Assembly (NCBI GenBank): GCA_963740355.1
Contig: CAVUDW010000003.1
Coordinates: 448,001-512,000, forward strand
Source of the DNA: an uncultured Gemmatimonadaceae bacterium
GTDB taxonomy: Bacteria > Gemmatimonadota > Gemmatimonadetes > Gemmatimonadales > Gemmatimonadaceae
Length of the DNA: 64,000 nt
Reading direction: 5' to 3'
A program made the position numbers and the translations under genes. The notes under the pieces were generated by a model. The model searched no databases. It was not told where the DNA came from and saw only the letters and a program-made list of their open reading frames with translations. Below are positions 1-10,560 of the stretch, in pieces. How positions within the stretch are numbered: position 1 is the stretch's first letter; every line of letters begins with the position of its first letter.

Positions 1-563
1 TGTTCGCGGGCGTGCTGGCGATGCTCATCTGGCGACAAATCACCGCCGAGACGTTCCAGCCAGTGCGCAACTCGGCGACAATCATCGCGTCGACGATCGC
101 CGGCACGACGCTGGCAGATCCGGCGACGCGATCTCTCGGACTCGGCTACTGAGGCGGGTCGCTGCTGCTCTTTCGGTGCGTCGTCGCGTCGCTGACGATA
201 TGGTGCGCGGAGCTGTTCTACTGGGTCACGATCACATTTTCGCAGACGCTCGGAACCGCGCTGGGTGACTGGACTACCGACACCGGCGGACTGGGGTATG
301 CCGGTGCGGCCCTCGTGTTCGAGGCCGTGCTGGTGGTGATTGCAGGGCTGTACTTCTCGACATCACTGCGCCGAGTCATGCTTTTCTGGGCCGCGTTCAC
401 CCTGACACGCCCGCTGGGAGCAGGCGTGGGCGACCTGATCGACAACCCCGGCGCGCAGGGCGGTCTGGCCTTCAATCGCCTGGTCGCCTCCGCTGTTATT
501 GCGGCCGCAATCCTGATCCTGATCATGGCGCTTCCGCAGCGCGCGACTGTGCAGAAGCGATGA
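1..563 (+). pseudogene. COG4705/DUF347-type membrane-anchored protein, 5'-truncated by the window edge, with an in-frame stop
   Basis: The frame from nt 3 reads ...IASTIAGTTLAD..RSLGLGY*GGSLLL...FYWVTITFSQTLGTALGDW...FWAAFTLTRPLGAGVGD, which are typical family motifs. In-frame TGA at 150-152. Confidence 0.75.
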
Positions 564-846
564 GCGCCACATCTACCGGGTCGATGGAACGAACCGCCGC
601 GCGATGACCGCTGCCACGCTGTCACCGAGCGTGTACAGCACTGCCTCCGGTGCGGCCGACGAAATTCGCATCGGCCCCGCGACGCCGATCACGCGGCCCA
701 AGCTCGTATCGGTCACGTCCGACACGTTCTCGAAGGCAGTCCCGGCCGGGAGTATGGCACCTGTGACGGCTAGGCCGGCACCGGTCTGCGACAATGAGCC
801 CGCGGCGCTAAACGTGGTATGCGCCGCGACAACAACGCGATCCGAT

Positions 847-2310
847 TCAGAAACTCTGCCCAAGGCCAAAGAACACCAACTGATCCTCCCGCGAGCGGCC
901 GACATCCAACGAGATCATCGTGCTCTGATTCCACGCGATACGCGCGCCTGCGCCATAGGACCACCGGACACGGTCCAGATTCAACGACTGCCATCGATCT
1001 CGCACCGTCCCGGCATCCACGAATGGTGCGACGCCTAGCGCGAACCGCTGCCGGCCAACGGTGAACTCCGTGAGCCGGGCACGCACCTCGGCATTCGCAA
1101 ACCACAGCGCACGTCCGAGGAACCGGTTCGCGCGGTAGCCGCGCAGTGAGCGCGAGCCACCGAGCGCGTTCACGCTGCCGTCCGGGCTCCACTGATCCTG
1201 GAACTCGAAGAACGGCGCATTCTCGCCGAAGATGTTGCCGACGCCGACACGACCAGCCAACACCGTGCGCGGCCCGACGGCGACGCGGCGAAACGCCTTG
1301 ATCTGCGTAAACAGCTTGTTGAAGGTGAAGTCCGACCCGATGGCAGGATTCGACCACTCGTTCGCGAGCTCGAAGTACACGCCACGTGTCGGGTCCGGCT
1401 CGAAATCGCGCGTGTCATACAGCAAGGCCTGCTGCAGGAGCGACACGCGCCCGCCGTCCAGCCCGACCGCCAGCCCCTGGCTCGCATCGCGCGCCAGCAG
1501 CGAGATCCCGTTGGGCGCCTTCGACTCGGCCCCCGTCATGGGGTCGACCGCCACCGCGGAGCGACCCGCAAAAGTTCGATAGCGCAACCGCTGGATCTCG
1601 TAGCCGCCGAGCACACGCCAGCGACCCGCCCCCAGCGCGCGGTCGGCCTTGAGGTTGAGCATCAGCTCCTCCTCACCGAACCGGTTGCTCAGGGCGTCCG
1701 TCACGCGCGCGGCTTCGCCGGCGCCACCTGCGCGCAGGGTCTTCCGGGCCTTGTCGTAGTCGGCATAGGTCGCGAAGGTCTTCGCACCGCCGGACGGAAG
1801 ACGGAGATCAGCCAGCGTGGCCTCTGTCAGCCCGAAGTAGAGCTTCGCCGGTGTCGTTCCCGCCACGGCGTCGGCCTTGATGCGCCAACGCGTGCCGCGA
1901 ACGAACGGCACGTCGAGACCCACGAGCAACTCCCGCTGCTCCGCCGTCGTGTTGTAGGCGCCGATTCGCAGCTTCGCCCGATATGGGGTGTACGCAAACA
2001 GCGGCGACGTGCGCGCGCCATTCCAGATCACATTGACGCGCGCGCCGTAGCCGAAGCCTGCGACGGGGTCCGACGAGAGGTCGGGCAGGCCAGTGAGAAA
2101 CCGGCCTTCGCGCTTCTTCGCGAGATCGGCGTCGGACAAACGGCGGGCGCGGGCGAAGGGCGGCGCGGTATCGGTAGCCGCGGTTTTCGCCGCGGGTGCC
2201 TGCTGCCCCTCTGCACGGGAGGTCGTGATGGTCGCGTCGAGCGAGGCGAGGAACGCGATGGCGGCGGTCGTGGTCGACGCGGTAATCTGGCGCGGTGTGC
2301 GGAACGGCAT
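847..2310 (-). CDS. BamA/TamA (Omp85) family outer-membrane protein
   Basis: Signal-like N-terminus, LGGSRSLRGY motif, FVDAG and YGAGARI strands, C-terminal F (FGLGQSF). Likely start ATG 2310. Confidence 0.8.
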   Translation of the reverse strand: MPFRTPRQITASTTTAAIAFLASLDATITTSRAEGQQAPAAKTAATDTAPPFARARRLSDADLAKKREGRFLTGLPDLSSDPVAGFGYGARVNVIWNGARTSPLFAYTPYRAKLRIGAYNTTAEQRELLVGLDVPFVRGTRWRIKADAVAGTTPAKLYFGLTEATLADLRLPSGGAKTFATYADYDKARKTLRAGGAGEAARVTDALSNRFGEEELMLNLKADRALGAGRWRVLGGYEIQRLRYRTFAGRSAVAVDPMTGAESKAPNGISLLARDASQGLAVGLDGGRVSLLQQALLYDTRDFEPDPTRGVYFELANEWSNPAIGSDFTFNKLFTQIKAFRRVAVGPRTVLAGRVGVGNIFGENAPFFEFQDQWSPDGSVNALGGSRSLRGYRANRFLGRALWFANAEVRARLTEFTVGRQRFALGVAPFVDAGTVRDRWQSLNLDRVRWSYGAGARIAWNQSTMISLDVGRSREDQLVFFGLGQSF

Positions 2311-2471
2311 GCGGTGGTCGTCTCCGGGGTGTGAGCGGATGGCCGGGCATGGCCCGGTCACGACATCAGAGCCCGAGGTCCCATCCGTTCGGCACCTCGC
2401 AAGCTACCCAGACAAGTCTGGCCGGGGCTTGCTCACTCCAGCATCACTGCCCGCGTTGTGCGCGTCGCCGA

Positions 2472-3143
2472 TCAGCGTTTGCCGTCCGGTGACACATCAC
2501 GCGATCGGCGCGATGACTCGTACAGCAACGCACAGCCCCCGGCGGCGACCACGCCGCCGCTCCACCCTGCGACGACGTCCGTCGCCCAGTGCACATCGAG
2601 GTACACGCGACTCATTCCGACCAGGACACTGAAAAGAATCGCCGCGTGCACCGCCCATCTCGCAACGAGGCCTTCGCGATACGATACGTACGCGACCGTC
2701 ACGCAAATGGCCATCGTCTGCAGCGAGTGGCCACTCGGAAAGCTGAAGCCTAGTCGGGGAAACAGCATGGCGCCGGGTGGACGCGTGCGGTGAAACCACA
2801 CCTTGAGCGCCCACGTGACGACCACCGACGACATCGACAGCACACCGGCGCGTGCCGCGCTGCTGTTCGTCCCTCGTCGCCACAGCCCGAACACCGCGAG
2901 GCATGCCACCGGACCGAGCACCAGCAACGAGCCCGCCCATGACAGCGCGGTGAAGACGGCATGCAGCCATGGTGACGGTGCCTCGCGCAGGCCGGCCTCA
3001 CGGATTGCGACGTCCAGCGCCGTGGTCTGGTGCCCAGCGACGGCCATCGCGAGCGCGGCGAACGTCGCGCACCCCGCTGCGCTCACGCCACGCAGCACCG
3101 ACCGGCGTGCCTGCCAGCTTTGCCGCGAGGCCGGAGCGCTCAA
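2472..3143 (-). CDS. PAP2-family phosphatase
   Basis: K...RTRP, FPSGHS and SRVYLDVHWATD motifs. TTG start overlaps the kinase stop (TTGA). Confidence 0.88.
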   Translation of the reverse strand: MSAPASRQSWQARRSVLRGVSAAGCATFAALAMAVAGHQTTALDVAIREAGLREAPSPWLHAVFTALSWAGSLLVLGPVACLAVFGLWRRGTNSSAARAGVLSMSSVVVTWALKVWFHRTRPPGAMLFPRLGFSFPSGHSLQTMAICVTVAYVSYREGLVARWAVHAAILFSVLVGMSRVYLDVHWATDVVAGWSGGVVAAGGCALLYESSRRSRDVSPDGKR

Positions 3144-4663
3144 TGCGTGCCCGTGAGTGGTATCGGCAACACGACGACAAAGACGGCGCCGCACTGCGCC
3201 GTGTTGTCGAGGAACAGCGCGCCCCCATGCGCGTCGGCGATCCAGCGCGCAATGGCGAGCCCCAGCCCGGCGCCTGCAGAGCCAGTCGAATCACCGGATC
3301 CGCGAGACCGGTCGCCACGCACGAAGCGCTCGAAGAGTGTCGCCTGCAGTCCAACCACGACCCCCGGTCCGTCGTCCGCGACGACGATGCGGTAGACCTG
3401 GCGCGCGGGAACGTCACCTGCCGCCGACGGCTCGACACTCAGATGCAATCGCACGGTGCTATCCGCGGGGCTGAACTTGATCGCGTTGTCGACGACGTTC
3501 ATCAGCATGCGCGTCAGGAGTGTCGCATCGCCGTCGAACGGTGCTTCATCGGCAGTATTCGCGGCGACGGTGATACGCCTGGCACGGCCCAACAACCGTC
3601 CGGCCTTCGCCGCTTCAGCGACCAGTTCCTCGAGGTACAGCCGCTCGCGGTGCACTGGCTGTTGCGCACTGTCGGCACGCGCGAGCAGGAAGAGATCGTC
3701 CACGATCCGTGTCATGCGCCGCCCTTCACCCTGCACCGTCGCGAGGGCCTCGCGGAGCGCGTCCGGCGGAGAATCCTCAGTCTGCAACGCGACGTCCGCC
3801 GCGCTGCGGACCACCGCGATGGGCGTCCGAAGCTCATGCGACGCATCCGCCATGAAACGCCGCTGCTGCCCGAAGGACTCCTGCAGCCTGCCAAGCAGCT
3901 GGTTCAGCACGGTCCCCAATTCACCGAGTTCGTCATGGGCATTTGCGACGACGAGCCGTGCCTCGAGTCCTGCGGTACCGATCCGCTCGGCCTGTCGTGC
4001 CATCGCCAACGCCGGCGCGAGACTCTGACGCACCAGCAGGTACCCGAGGGCACCGGCCACGATGAGCGCGAAAGGAATGATCATGTACAGCCAACGCACG
4101 AACGCCGTGCTGCCCTCGGCGTCGTCCGCCAGCTGCCGCGCCACGACGAGCGTGAGTGGTGTGCCGAGGTATGCGGTGCGGAAGGCGAGGACGCGCGTCG
4201 CCGTTGGATCGGTACCGACGCTCGCGAATGCGCGTCCGCTGTCCCGCGCGGTACGACGCAGTTGTGCGACGACGGGAATGCCATCGAGCGAGCGCCCGCC
4301 GAGCGTGAACAGGCCAAGCGGGAGCGAGTCAGACCGGGACAGCACTCGTCCCGAGTCATCGAGGATGATCACGCGCCGATCCCGGTAGCGCACCTCACGC
4401 ACACCATCCTCCACCGCCACTTTCAACTCGGTCTGCTCCTCGGTGGCTTCGTGCTCCAACACTTGCACGACCAGATCAGCCGTCTCGAGCAGCGATGCAT
4501 CGATCCGTTGCGCGTGAGAGTGCTCGAGAAACCGCGACGTGACCACCACGAACAACAGCAACACGACGGCGACGGCGGTCACGTGCCAGAGGGCGAGGCG
4601 CGCACGGACCGGAAGCCGACCAAGCGCGCCCGATTGCGACGCCGTCTGCGGAGCTGTCGTCAC
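3140..4663 (-). CDS. HAMP sensor histidine kinase (CusS/heavy-metal sensor-like)
   Basis: Two TM segments, H-box ADASHELRTP, NVVDNAIKF, DDGPG, GAGLGLAI. GTG start overlaps the regulator stop. Confidence 0.92.
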   Translation of the reverse strand: MTTAPQTASQSGALGRLPVRARLALWHVTAVAVVLLLFVVVTSRFLEHSHAQRIDASLLETADLVVQVLEHEATEEQTELKVAVEDGVREVRYRDRRVIILDDSGRVLSRSDSLPLGLFTLGGRSLDGIPVVAQLRRTARDSGRAFASVGTDPTATRVLAFRTAYLGTPLTLVVARQLADDAEGSTAFVRWLYMIIPFALIVAGALGYLLVRQSLAPALAMARQAERIGTAGLEARLVVANAHDELGELGTVLNQLLGRLQESFGQQRRFMADASHELRTPIAVVRSAADVALQTEDSPPDALREALATVQGEGRRMTRIVDDLFLLARADSAQQPVHRERLYLEELVAEAAKAGRLLGRARRITVAANTADEAPFDGDATLLTRMLMNVVDNAIKFSPADSTVRLHLSVEPSAAGDVPARQVYRIVVADDGPGVVVGLQATLFERFVRGDRSRGSGDSTGSAGAGLGLAIARWIADAHGGALFLDNTAQCGAVFVVVLPIPLTGTH

Positions 4664-5343
4664 GCGATTTCCGCGCTCGCGGTGAGGACATATCCGGCGC
4701 CACGTCGCGTGTGTATCAGCGGCGACTGGCCCGCGCGATCCACCTTGCGGCGCAGGCGATTGATGTACGACTCGATCAGGTTCGAGAACGGATCGTAGTG
4801 GTCGTCCCACACATGGTCCGAAATGTCGGCCCGCCCCACCACCCGCCCGGCATTGCGCGCCAGGTACTCGAGCAGGCTGTACTCCTTGGTGGTCAGCGAG
4901 AGTGGCATGCCCGCGCGCGTCGCGGTCTGCCCCCGCGTGTCGAGCACGAGGTCGCCTATGACGAGTTCCATCGGCAGCACGTCGCCCCGCCGGCGAAGCA
5001 GGGCGCGCAGTCGGGCGAGGAGTTCCTCGAAGTCGAACGGCTTGGTCAGGTAGTCATCCGCGCCGGCATCGAGCCCGGCAACCCGGTCGGTGACGGTGTC
5101 GCGGGCGGTGAGCATGAGCACGCGCGCGTGCGATCCACGCCGACGCAGCTCGGCACAGACGGACAGACCGTCGCGGCGTGGAAGGCCGACGTCGAGGACG
5201 ATGGCATCGTACGGAGTGACGCTCGCCTCGGTGACCGCGGCGGCGCCGTCGTGGACGTGGTCCACGGCGTAGGCCTGCGCACGAAGGCCCCGGGCGATCA
5301 GGCCGGCCAGGGTGTCATCGTCCTCAACCAGCAGGATGCGCAT
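4660..5343 (-). CDS. OmpR-family response regulator (CusR/CzcR-like)
   Basis: MRILLVEDD, LDVGLP, GADDYLTKPF and the winged-helix end IHTRRGAGY. Confidence 0.95.
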   Translation of the reverse strand: MRILLVEDDDTLAGLIARGLRAQAYAVDHVHDGAAAVTEASVTPYDAIVLDVGLPRRDGLSVCAELRRRGSHARVLMLTARDTVTDRVAGLDAGADDYLTKPFDFEELLARLRALLRRRGDVLPMELVIGDLVLDTRGQTATRAGMPLSLTTKEYSLLEYLARNAGRVVGRADISDHVWDDHYDPFSNLIESYINRLRRKVDRAGQSPLIHTRRGAGYVLTASAEIA

Positions 5344-5376
5344 GCGAGCGGGTGGCAGGGAAGCTCGTGTTACGAC

Positions 5377-6417
5377 TCAGTGCGCCACGGTCACGAACCA
5401 CGTCCCCGTCACTGGCCCGCGCGCCGGCCGCGCCCCGGGGGTGCCAGCAGCGGGCGTGGGAGCAGGGCCGTACTCCACCGCGAACACATACGCCCGGTGA
5501 CGCGCCGGATCAACCGCAATCGTCTTCGCACCGGCGACCGTCGGCACGGAGGCCCGCACCGTGTACCGGTCCGGCGCATCTTGATGCACCACGGTAACGT
5601 TCCCTGTCCGGCCGGCGGGGATGTAGATCAACCGCTCGGCCGGATCCCACCCGAGTGCGTCAACACCCTCGCCATTCGTGATCTGCGCCACGACACGGCC
5701 CGTCGTGGCATCGACCACGACCGATGTGCCACTGCACCCCGCGAACACTCGATTCGTTCGCGTGTCGTACGCGATGCCCGTCGGCTCATCGCAGGGCGCA
5801 ATCTGCCAGGTGGTGACCACAGTCATCGTCTTCAGGTCCACAACGTCGATGGCATTCTTGTCCTCGATGTTGATGAAGACTCTGCCGTGGCCGTCCCCTG
5901 CACCACCCTCCGGCGCCACGCCACTCAGCGGGATCGTCCCGACCACGTCACCCGTCTTCGCGTTCACCGCGACCGCCGTCCCGACGGGATGACTGTGGTT
6001 GATCGAGATGATCAGGTTCGACGGCTCGTCGTACATGATGCCGTCTGCGCCATCCGTGCCGATGTGGACTTTCTTCACGACGCTCAGGTCCGACAGGTTG
6101 AACACCGTGAGCGTGCTGTCACCGGCATTCGTCGTGAACCCGTGTCCTTCCTTCGCTGCGAAGGCGATGCCGTGCACGCGCGGTGTGTCAGGAATGTCGC
6201 CCACCACCTGCCCCGTCATGCCATCCACGACCATCACGTGCGTGCCACGCGACACGAATACGCGCCCCGTCGCCGGGTCGGCCGCGAGGTAGTCCGTGCC
6301 ACCGCTGCCGCCGATGCTGTACTTCTGGGTGACGAACTGCTGCGCCACCGCTCCGTTCGCGTGCGCGAGTAACGCGAATGCAACGACCATTCCCGCAGTA
6401 CAGCGACGACCTGTCAT
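5377..6417 (-). CDS. YncE/YVTN-like beta-propeller exported protein
   Basis: Signal peptide (..AVAQ), GGSGGTDYLAADP, IPDTPRVHGIA repeats. Likely start ATG 6417. Confidence 0.8.
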   Translation of the reverse strand: MTGRRCTAGMVVAFALLAHANGAVAQQFVTQKYSIGGSGGTDYLAADPATGRVFVSRGTHVMVVDGMTGQVVGDIPDTPRVHGIAFAAKEGHGFTTNAGDSTLTVFNLSDLSVVKKVHIGTDGADGIMYDEPSNLIISINHSHPVGTAVAVNAKTGDVVGTIPLSGVAPEGGAGDGHGRVFINIEDKNAIDVVDLKTMTVVTTWQIAPCDEPTGIAYDTRTNRVFAGCSGTSVVVDATTGRVVAQITNGEGVDALGWDPAERLIYIPAGRTGNVTVVHQDAPDRYTVRASVPTVAGAKTIAVDPARHRAYVFAVEYGPAPTPAAGTPGARPARGPVTGTWFVTVAH

Positions 6418-6463
6418 GGAAACTCCAGATGGTTGGTGGAACGTGTGACACGCACAGGCGACA

Positions 6464-9400
6464 TCAGCTGACGGTGCGGACGTAGTCCCTGCCGCGAACG
6501 AGCACGAGCAGCGATGGGACGAGGAAGAGCGTGATCGGTGTGGAGAGGGCCAGTCCACCGAGGACGGCCAGCGCCAATGGCTTCTGAAGCTCACTTCCTG
6601 CGCCGAGGCCGAGCGCCAGCGGCAGCAGGCCGAAGAGCGTGCAGAGTGTCGTCATCAGGATCGGTCGCAGGCGCACGCGCGCCGCCTCCCGCAGCGCCGG
6701 TTCGAGTGCCAGCCCGCGCTCCCGCATCACGTGGTCGGTGAAGTCGAGCAGGATGATGCCGTTCTTCACGATCAGGCCTACCAGAAGGATCGCGCCCATG
6801 AAGCTGCTCACGTTCAGCGGCGTGCCGGTCACCAGCAGCGCGAGGATCGCACCGACGAAGCTGAGCGGGGCTGCAAGGAGCACCACGCACGGCTCTACGA
6901 AGCTGCGGAACTGGATCACCATCACGGCAACGACACTCACCGCCGCCAGTGCCAAGACGAGCAACAGGCTGGCGAACGCGGTCTGCTGCGTCGCATACTG
7001 GCCACCCAGCTCGATCCTGACGCTCTTGGGCGCCGGATGTGCAGCGAGCACCACGCGCACGTCCTTCATCACATCGCCGAGCGACCGCGTCGACACGTCG
7101 GCGGTGAGGCGCACGAGTTGCTGCTGATTCTCGCGTAGCAGTTCGGCGCGGACCGTCTGCGGTGTGAAGCTGGCCACCGCGCCCAGCGGCGTGGCACTGC
7201 GACCGGCCGTCGTGATCACCGGCAGCGACGCCAGTGCGCTCGCGTCGAAGCGCACGGCATCCGGTGACCGCACGCGCACTGCGATGGCGCGGTCATCGAG
7301 TCGCAGCTCCCCTGCCGACACGCCGAGCAGCGCGCCGCTGACGCTGGTCGCGACCTGCTCCGGCGTCACGCCGAGCCGCGTCGCCTCCACGCGGTCGATG
7401 GCCATCGACAGCTCGGCACTGGGCTCGGCGTTGCCGTCGTACACGTCCTCGAGCCCCTCGACCTTCCCCAGGTCGGCCGCCAGTACCTTGCCGTAGCGCT
7501 CGAGCGCCAGCAGATCGGGGCCGAAGAGCTTGATCTCCACCGGCTTCGCCGCACCGGCCAGGTCGTTGATGACGTCAGACAGGATCTGCACGAACTCGAC
7601 GCGCAGGCGCGGCATCGTGGTCGTGATCGAGTCGCGCACACGTCCGATCACACTCCTGCGTCGACGCACTCCGGTTCGCGCGCATCCGCACCACCATGTC
7701 GCCCCGGTTCTGTTCCGTGGCGAACAGGCCGAGTTCGGCGCCGGTCCGTCGCGAGGTCGCCTCGATCTCCGGGGTCCGCGCGAGCAGCGTCTCGACCTGA
7801 TGGATCATCCGGTCGGTTTCGTCGAGCGCGGTGCCGCCGGGCGTCCAGTAGTCGAGGACGAAGGCGCCTTCATCCATCTCCGGCAGGAACCCGGTCCCGG
7901 TGAAGCGATACGCCACGATGCCGCCGCATGCGAGGACGACGACCGTCACTCCGACGAGCATCGCGGTGGTGCAGCACGCCGTCGAGTGCCCGGTCATACC
8001 ATCGCTCGACGCGACCCGGCCCATGATCGACAGTCTCCGTGCCGGTCAGGTACGCTGCGCACAGCAGCGGGATGATCGTGAAGGCCAGGACGAGCGACAC
8101 CAGCACGGCGATGGTCAGCGTGAGCGAGAGCGCAGCGAAGAACTGGCCGACCACTCCCTCCAACAGCCGGAGCGGTGCGAAGACGACCACGGTCGTGAGC
8201 GTGGACGTCGTGACGGGCCACAGGAGCTCCTGCACCGCATCGCGGATCGCCACGGAGCGCGTCGGCGTCATGCCGAGGTGCCGCACGATGTTCTCGGTCA
8301 CCACCACGGCATCGTCGATCACCAAGCCAATCGCAATCGCCAGCGCGCCAAGCGTCATCAGGTTGAACGTCTGCCCGAGCAGCGACATGATCCAGACGGT
8401 GATCGCGAGGGTGAGCGGGATCACCGAGGCGCTGATGGCCGTCACACGCCAGTTGCGCAGGAACACCAGCAGCACGACGACGGCCAGTGCGGCACCGATC
8501 AGCATCGCATCACGCACCGAGGCCACCGCCGCGCGCACGAGCACCGCCTGGTCGTACACCGGCTTGAGCGCCACCCCCGACGGCAGCGTCGTCGAGAACT
8601 GCGCCGCCAACGCCGCAATGCTGTCGGCCATGCGCAGCGTATTGCCACCGGGCTGCCGCGTCACGTTCAGGAGCGCGGCCGGCCGACCGTCGCCCGCGAC
8701 GAGCCGCACACGATCCTCACGCCCGAGCGTGACGGTGGCGACGTCACGCACCCGTAGGCCGCCGCCGATTGGCACACTCGCGACATCGTCCGGTGAGCGC
8801 GCCTCGCTCTGCGTCACGATCAGATACTGCTTGTAGTCTCGTGCCACGCGACCCACGGCATTCACGCTCGTGGCCTGACGGATGGCGCTGGCGAGGTCCT
8901 CGTACCCGAGGCCGACCTGCGCGAGGCGGGCCGGATCGGCCACGACCTCGAGTTCCCGGACGCTGCTGCCTTGCACATCAACGCGCCCGACGCCGGGCAC
9001 GCGCGCGAACACAGGCCCGATCTGGAAGCGTGCAATGTCGTAGAGACGTCGCCGCGTCACCGCCTTCGAGGTTGTAACTCACGATGGGGAACACGGACGG
9101 CGTCAGCCGCTCCACCTGCAGCACGATGGCCGCTGGCAGCTGCGACCGCACGGCGTTCACGCGGGCCTGCACCAGCTGCAGGGCGACCTGCATGTCCGTG
9201 GTCGGCTGGAACGTGACGTTGATCTCGCTCCCGCCACGAATGGAGCGCGACTGCACACGTGTGACGCCGGGCACCACACTCACCGCTTCCTCGAGAGGAC
9301 GCGTGACGCTGAAGACCTGCTGCCGCGCGCCGAGTGTACTGCCCTCGGCCACGACGGCGACGCGCGAGAATTCCAGCTCGGGATAAATCGAGCTCGGGAG

Positions 9401-9523
9401 TCGGAGCGCGGCCCACACGCCGGCGGCGGCGCCGAGCGTCACGGCGAGGAGCACGAATCGCCGCTGCGACGCGAGCAACGAGAACAGTCCGCCGCGTGGT
9501 GTCTCCTTGGGCTCAGTCATCAA
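6464..9523 (-). CDS. RND efflux permease (AcrB/CusA-like), split by about 3 frameshifts
   Basis: ORFs 8978-9523, 7870-9060, 7575-8024 and 6464-7669 join into one RND protein (GLVIDDAVVVTENI, FLPEMDEG, GLIVKNGIIL, RLRPILMT). Single-base insertions near 9047 and 7653 look like sequencing errors. Confidence 0.88.
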
Positions 9524-10560
9524 CGCCGGACCGAAACGTGCACGCCGTCGTCGACCTGATACGCCCCGTCAGTGACGATGCGCTCACCGACCGCCACCCC
9601 TGTGTTGATCTCGACGCGGTCATTGCGGCGTGCACCGACCGTGATCGCTCGTGCATGCGCGACGTTTGCGCTGTCGACCACATAGAGGCGGAAGGCGTCG
9701 CCATCGGGGACGACGGCCGCCGCCGGCACCACGACGGCGTTGGCACGTGCCGCGAGCGCAATGCGACCGCTGACCGACTCGCCGATGCGCAGCTGCCGGA
9801 CCGTCTGCAACACACGCACGCGCACCGCGATGGTCCGCGTGGCACTGTCGATGGCCGCCGCGACGCTTGAGACGACACCAGTCCCAAGCGAGTCGTCTGC
9901 GTGCACGGCCCCCGACCCGAGCACCACCATCGCGCCTGGCGTGACGTGCGCTGCCTCCGTGGCACTCACGGCCAGCACGATGTCGGTGAACCGCGGATCG
10001 GCCACCTCCACCAGCGACGCCGTGCCGTCCACGCTGGCGCCGAGCGTGGCGCTGAGACGTGTGACGACGCCGTCGATTGGCGAACGCACCGTCGCCAGCG
10101 TGCGAAGCCGTCGCGCGGACGCGGCGGCCGCCGAGGCTTGCGCAAGCTCACTCATCGCGACATCGAGATCCTTGCGCGGCGCGATCCCTGCCGTCACCAG
10201 CCGCTGGGCGCGCTCCTGTGCGTGCGTGGCCGTCAGGAGCACCGCGGTGGCCCCCTGCACCGCCGCATTGAATGGCGCCGGGTCCAGCTCGACCAGCACC
10301 GCGCCCGCCGTCACACGATCACCGACCGCCACGCGCACCGCACTCACCCGCGCCGCGCCCGGCGCGCCGAGCGAGGCGATGTGTCCTGGCCGCACCGCCA
10401 CGACGCCGATGGCATCGATGGCGTCGGCAAACGTCTCGGACGTGACGGTGACCACGCTCACCGCCACGGTAGGCGACTCCGGCGCTCCGCTCGCCGAACC
10501 GCCTCCACAGGCCACGAGCGTCAAACCGCACGCCACCACTCCCAACCGTCGGGCCATCAC
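9520..10560 (-). CDS. RND periplasmic adaptor (membrane fusion protein), lipoprotein
   Basis: Lipobox LVAC, lipoyl-like VAVGDRVTAG, VRSPIDGVV, IDSATRT; overlaps the permease start. Confidence 0.9.
   Translation of the reverse strand: MMARRLGVVACGLTLVACGGGSASGAPESPTVAVSVVTVTSETFADAIDAIGVVAVRPGHIASLGAPGAARVSAVRVAVGDRVTAGAVLVELDPAPFNAAVQGATAVLLTATHAQERAQRLVTAGIAPRKDLDVAMSELAQASAAAASARRLRTLATVRSPIDGVVTRLSATLGASVDGTASLVEVADPRFTDIVLAVSATEAAHVTPGAMVVLGSGAVHADDSLGTGVVSSVAAAIDSATRTIAVRVRVLQTVRQLRIGESVSGRIALAARANAVVVPAAAVVPDGDAFRLYVVDSANVAHARAITVGARRNDRVEINTGVAVGERIVTDGAYQVDDGVHVSVRR

Noticed and set aside
150..152. TGA recoding (selenocysteine or alternative genetic code)
   Set aside because: TGA is the normal stop for many genes here, and this gene also appears to lack an internal segment, consistent with decay or error.
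573..905. 110-aa minus-strand ORF downstream of the Omp85-like gene
   Set aside because: No recognisable motif and it overlaps the upstream gene; it could be a remnant but cannot be supported.
2969..6372. Long plus-strand ORFs (609 aa and 553 aa, and similar ones at 27575, 31257, 41922, 60829)
   Set aside because: Antisense shadows of well-supported genes, expected in high-GC DNA.
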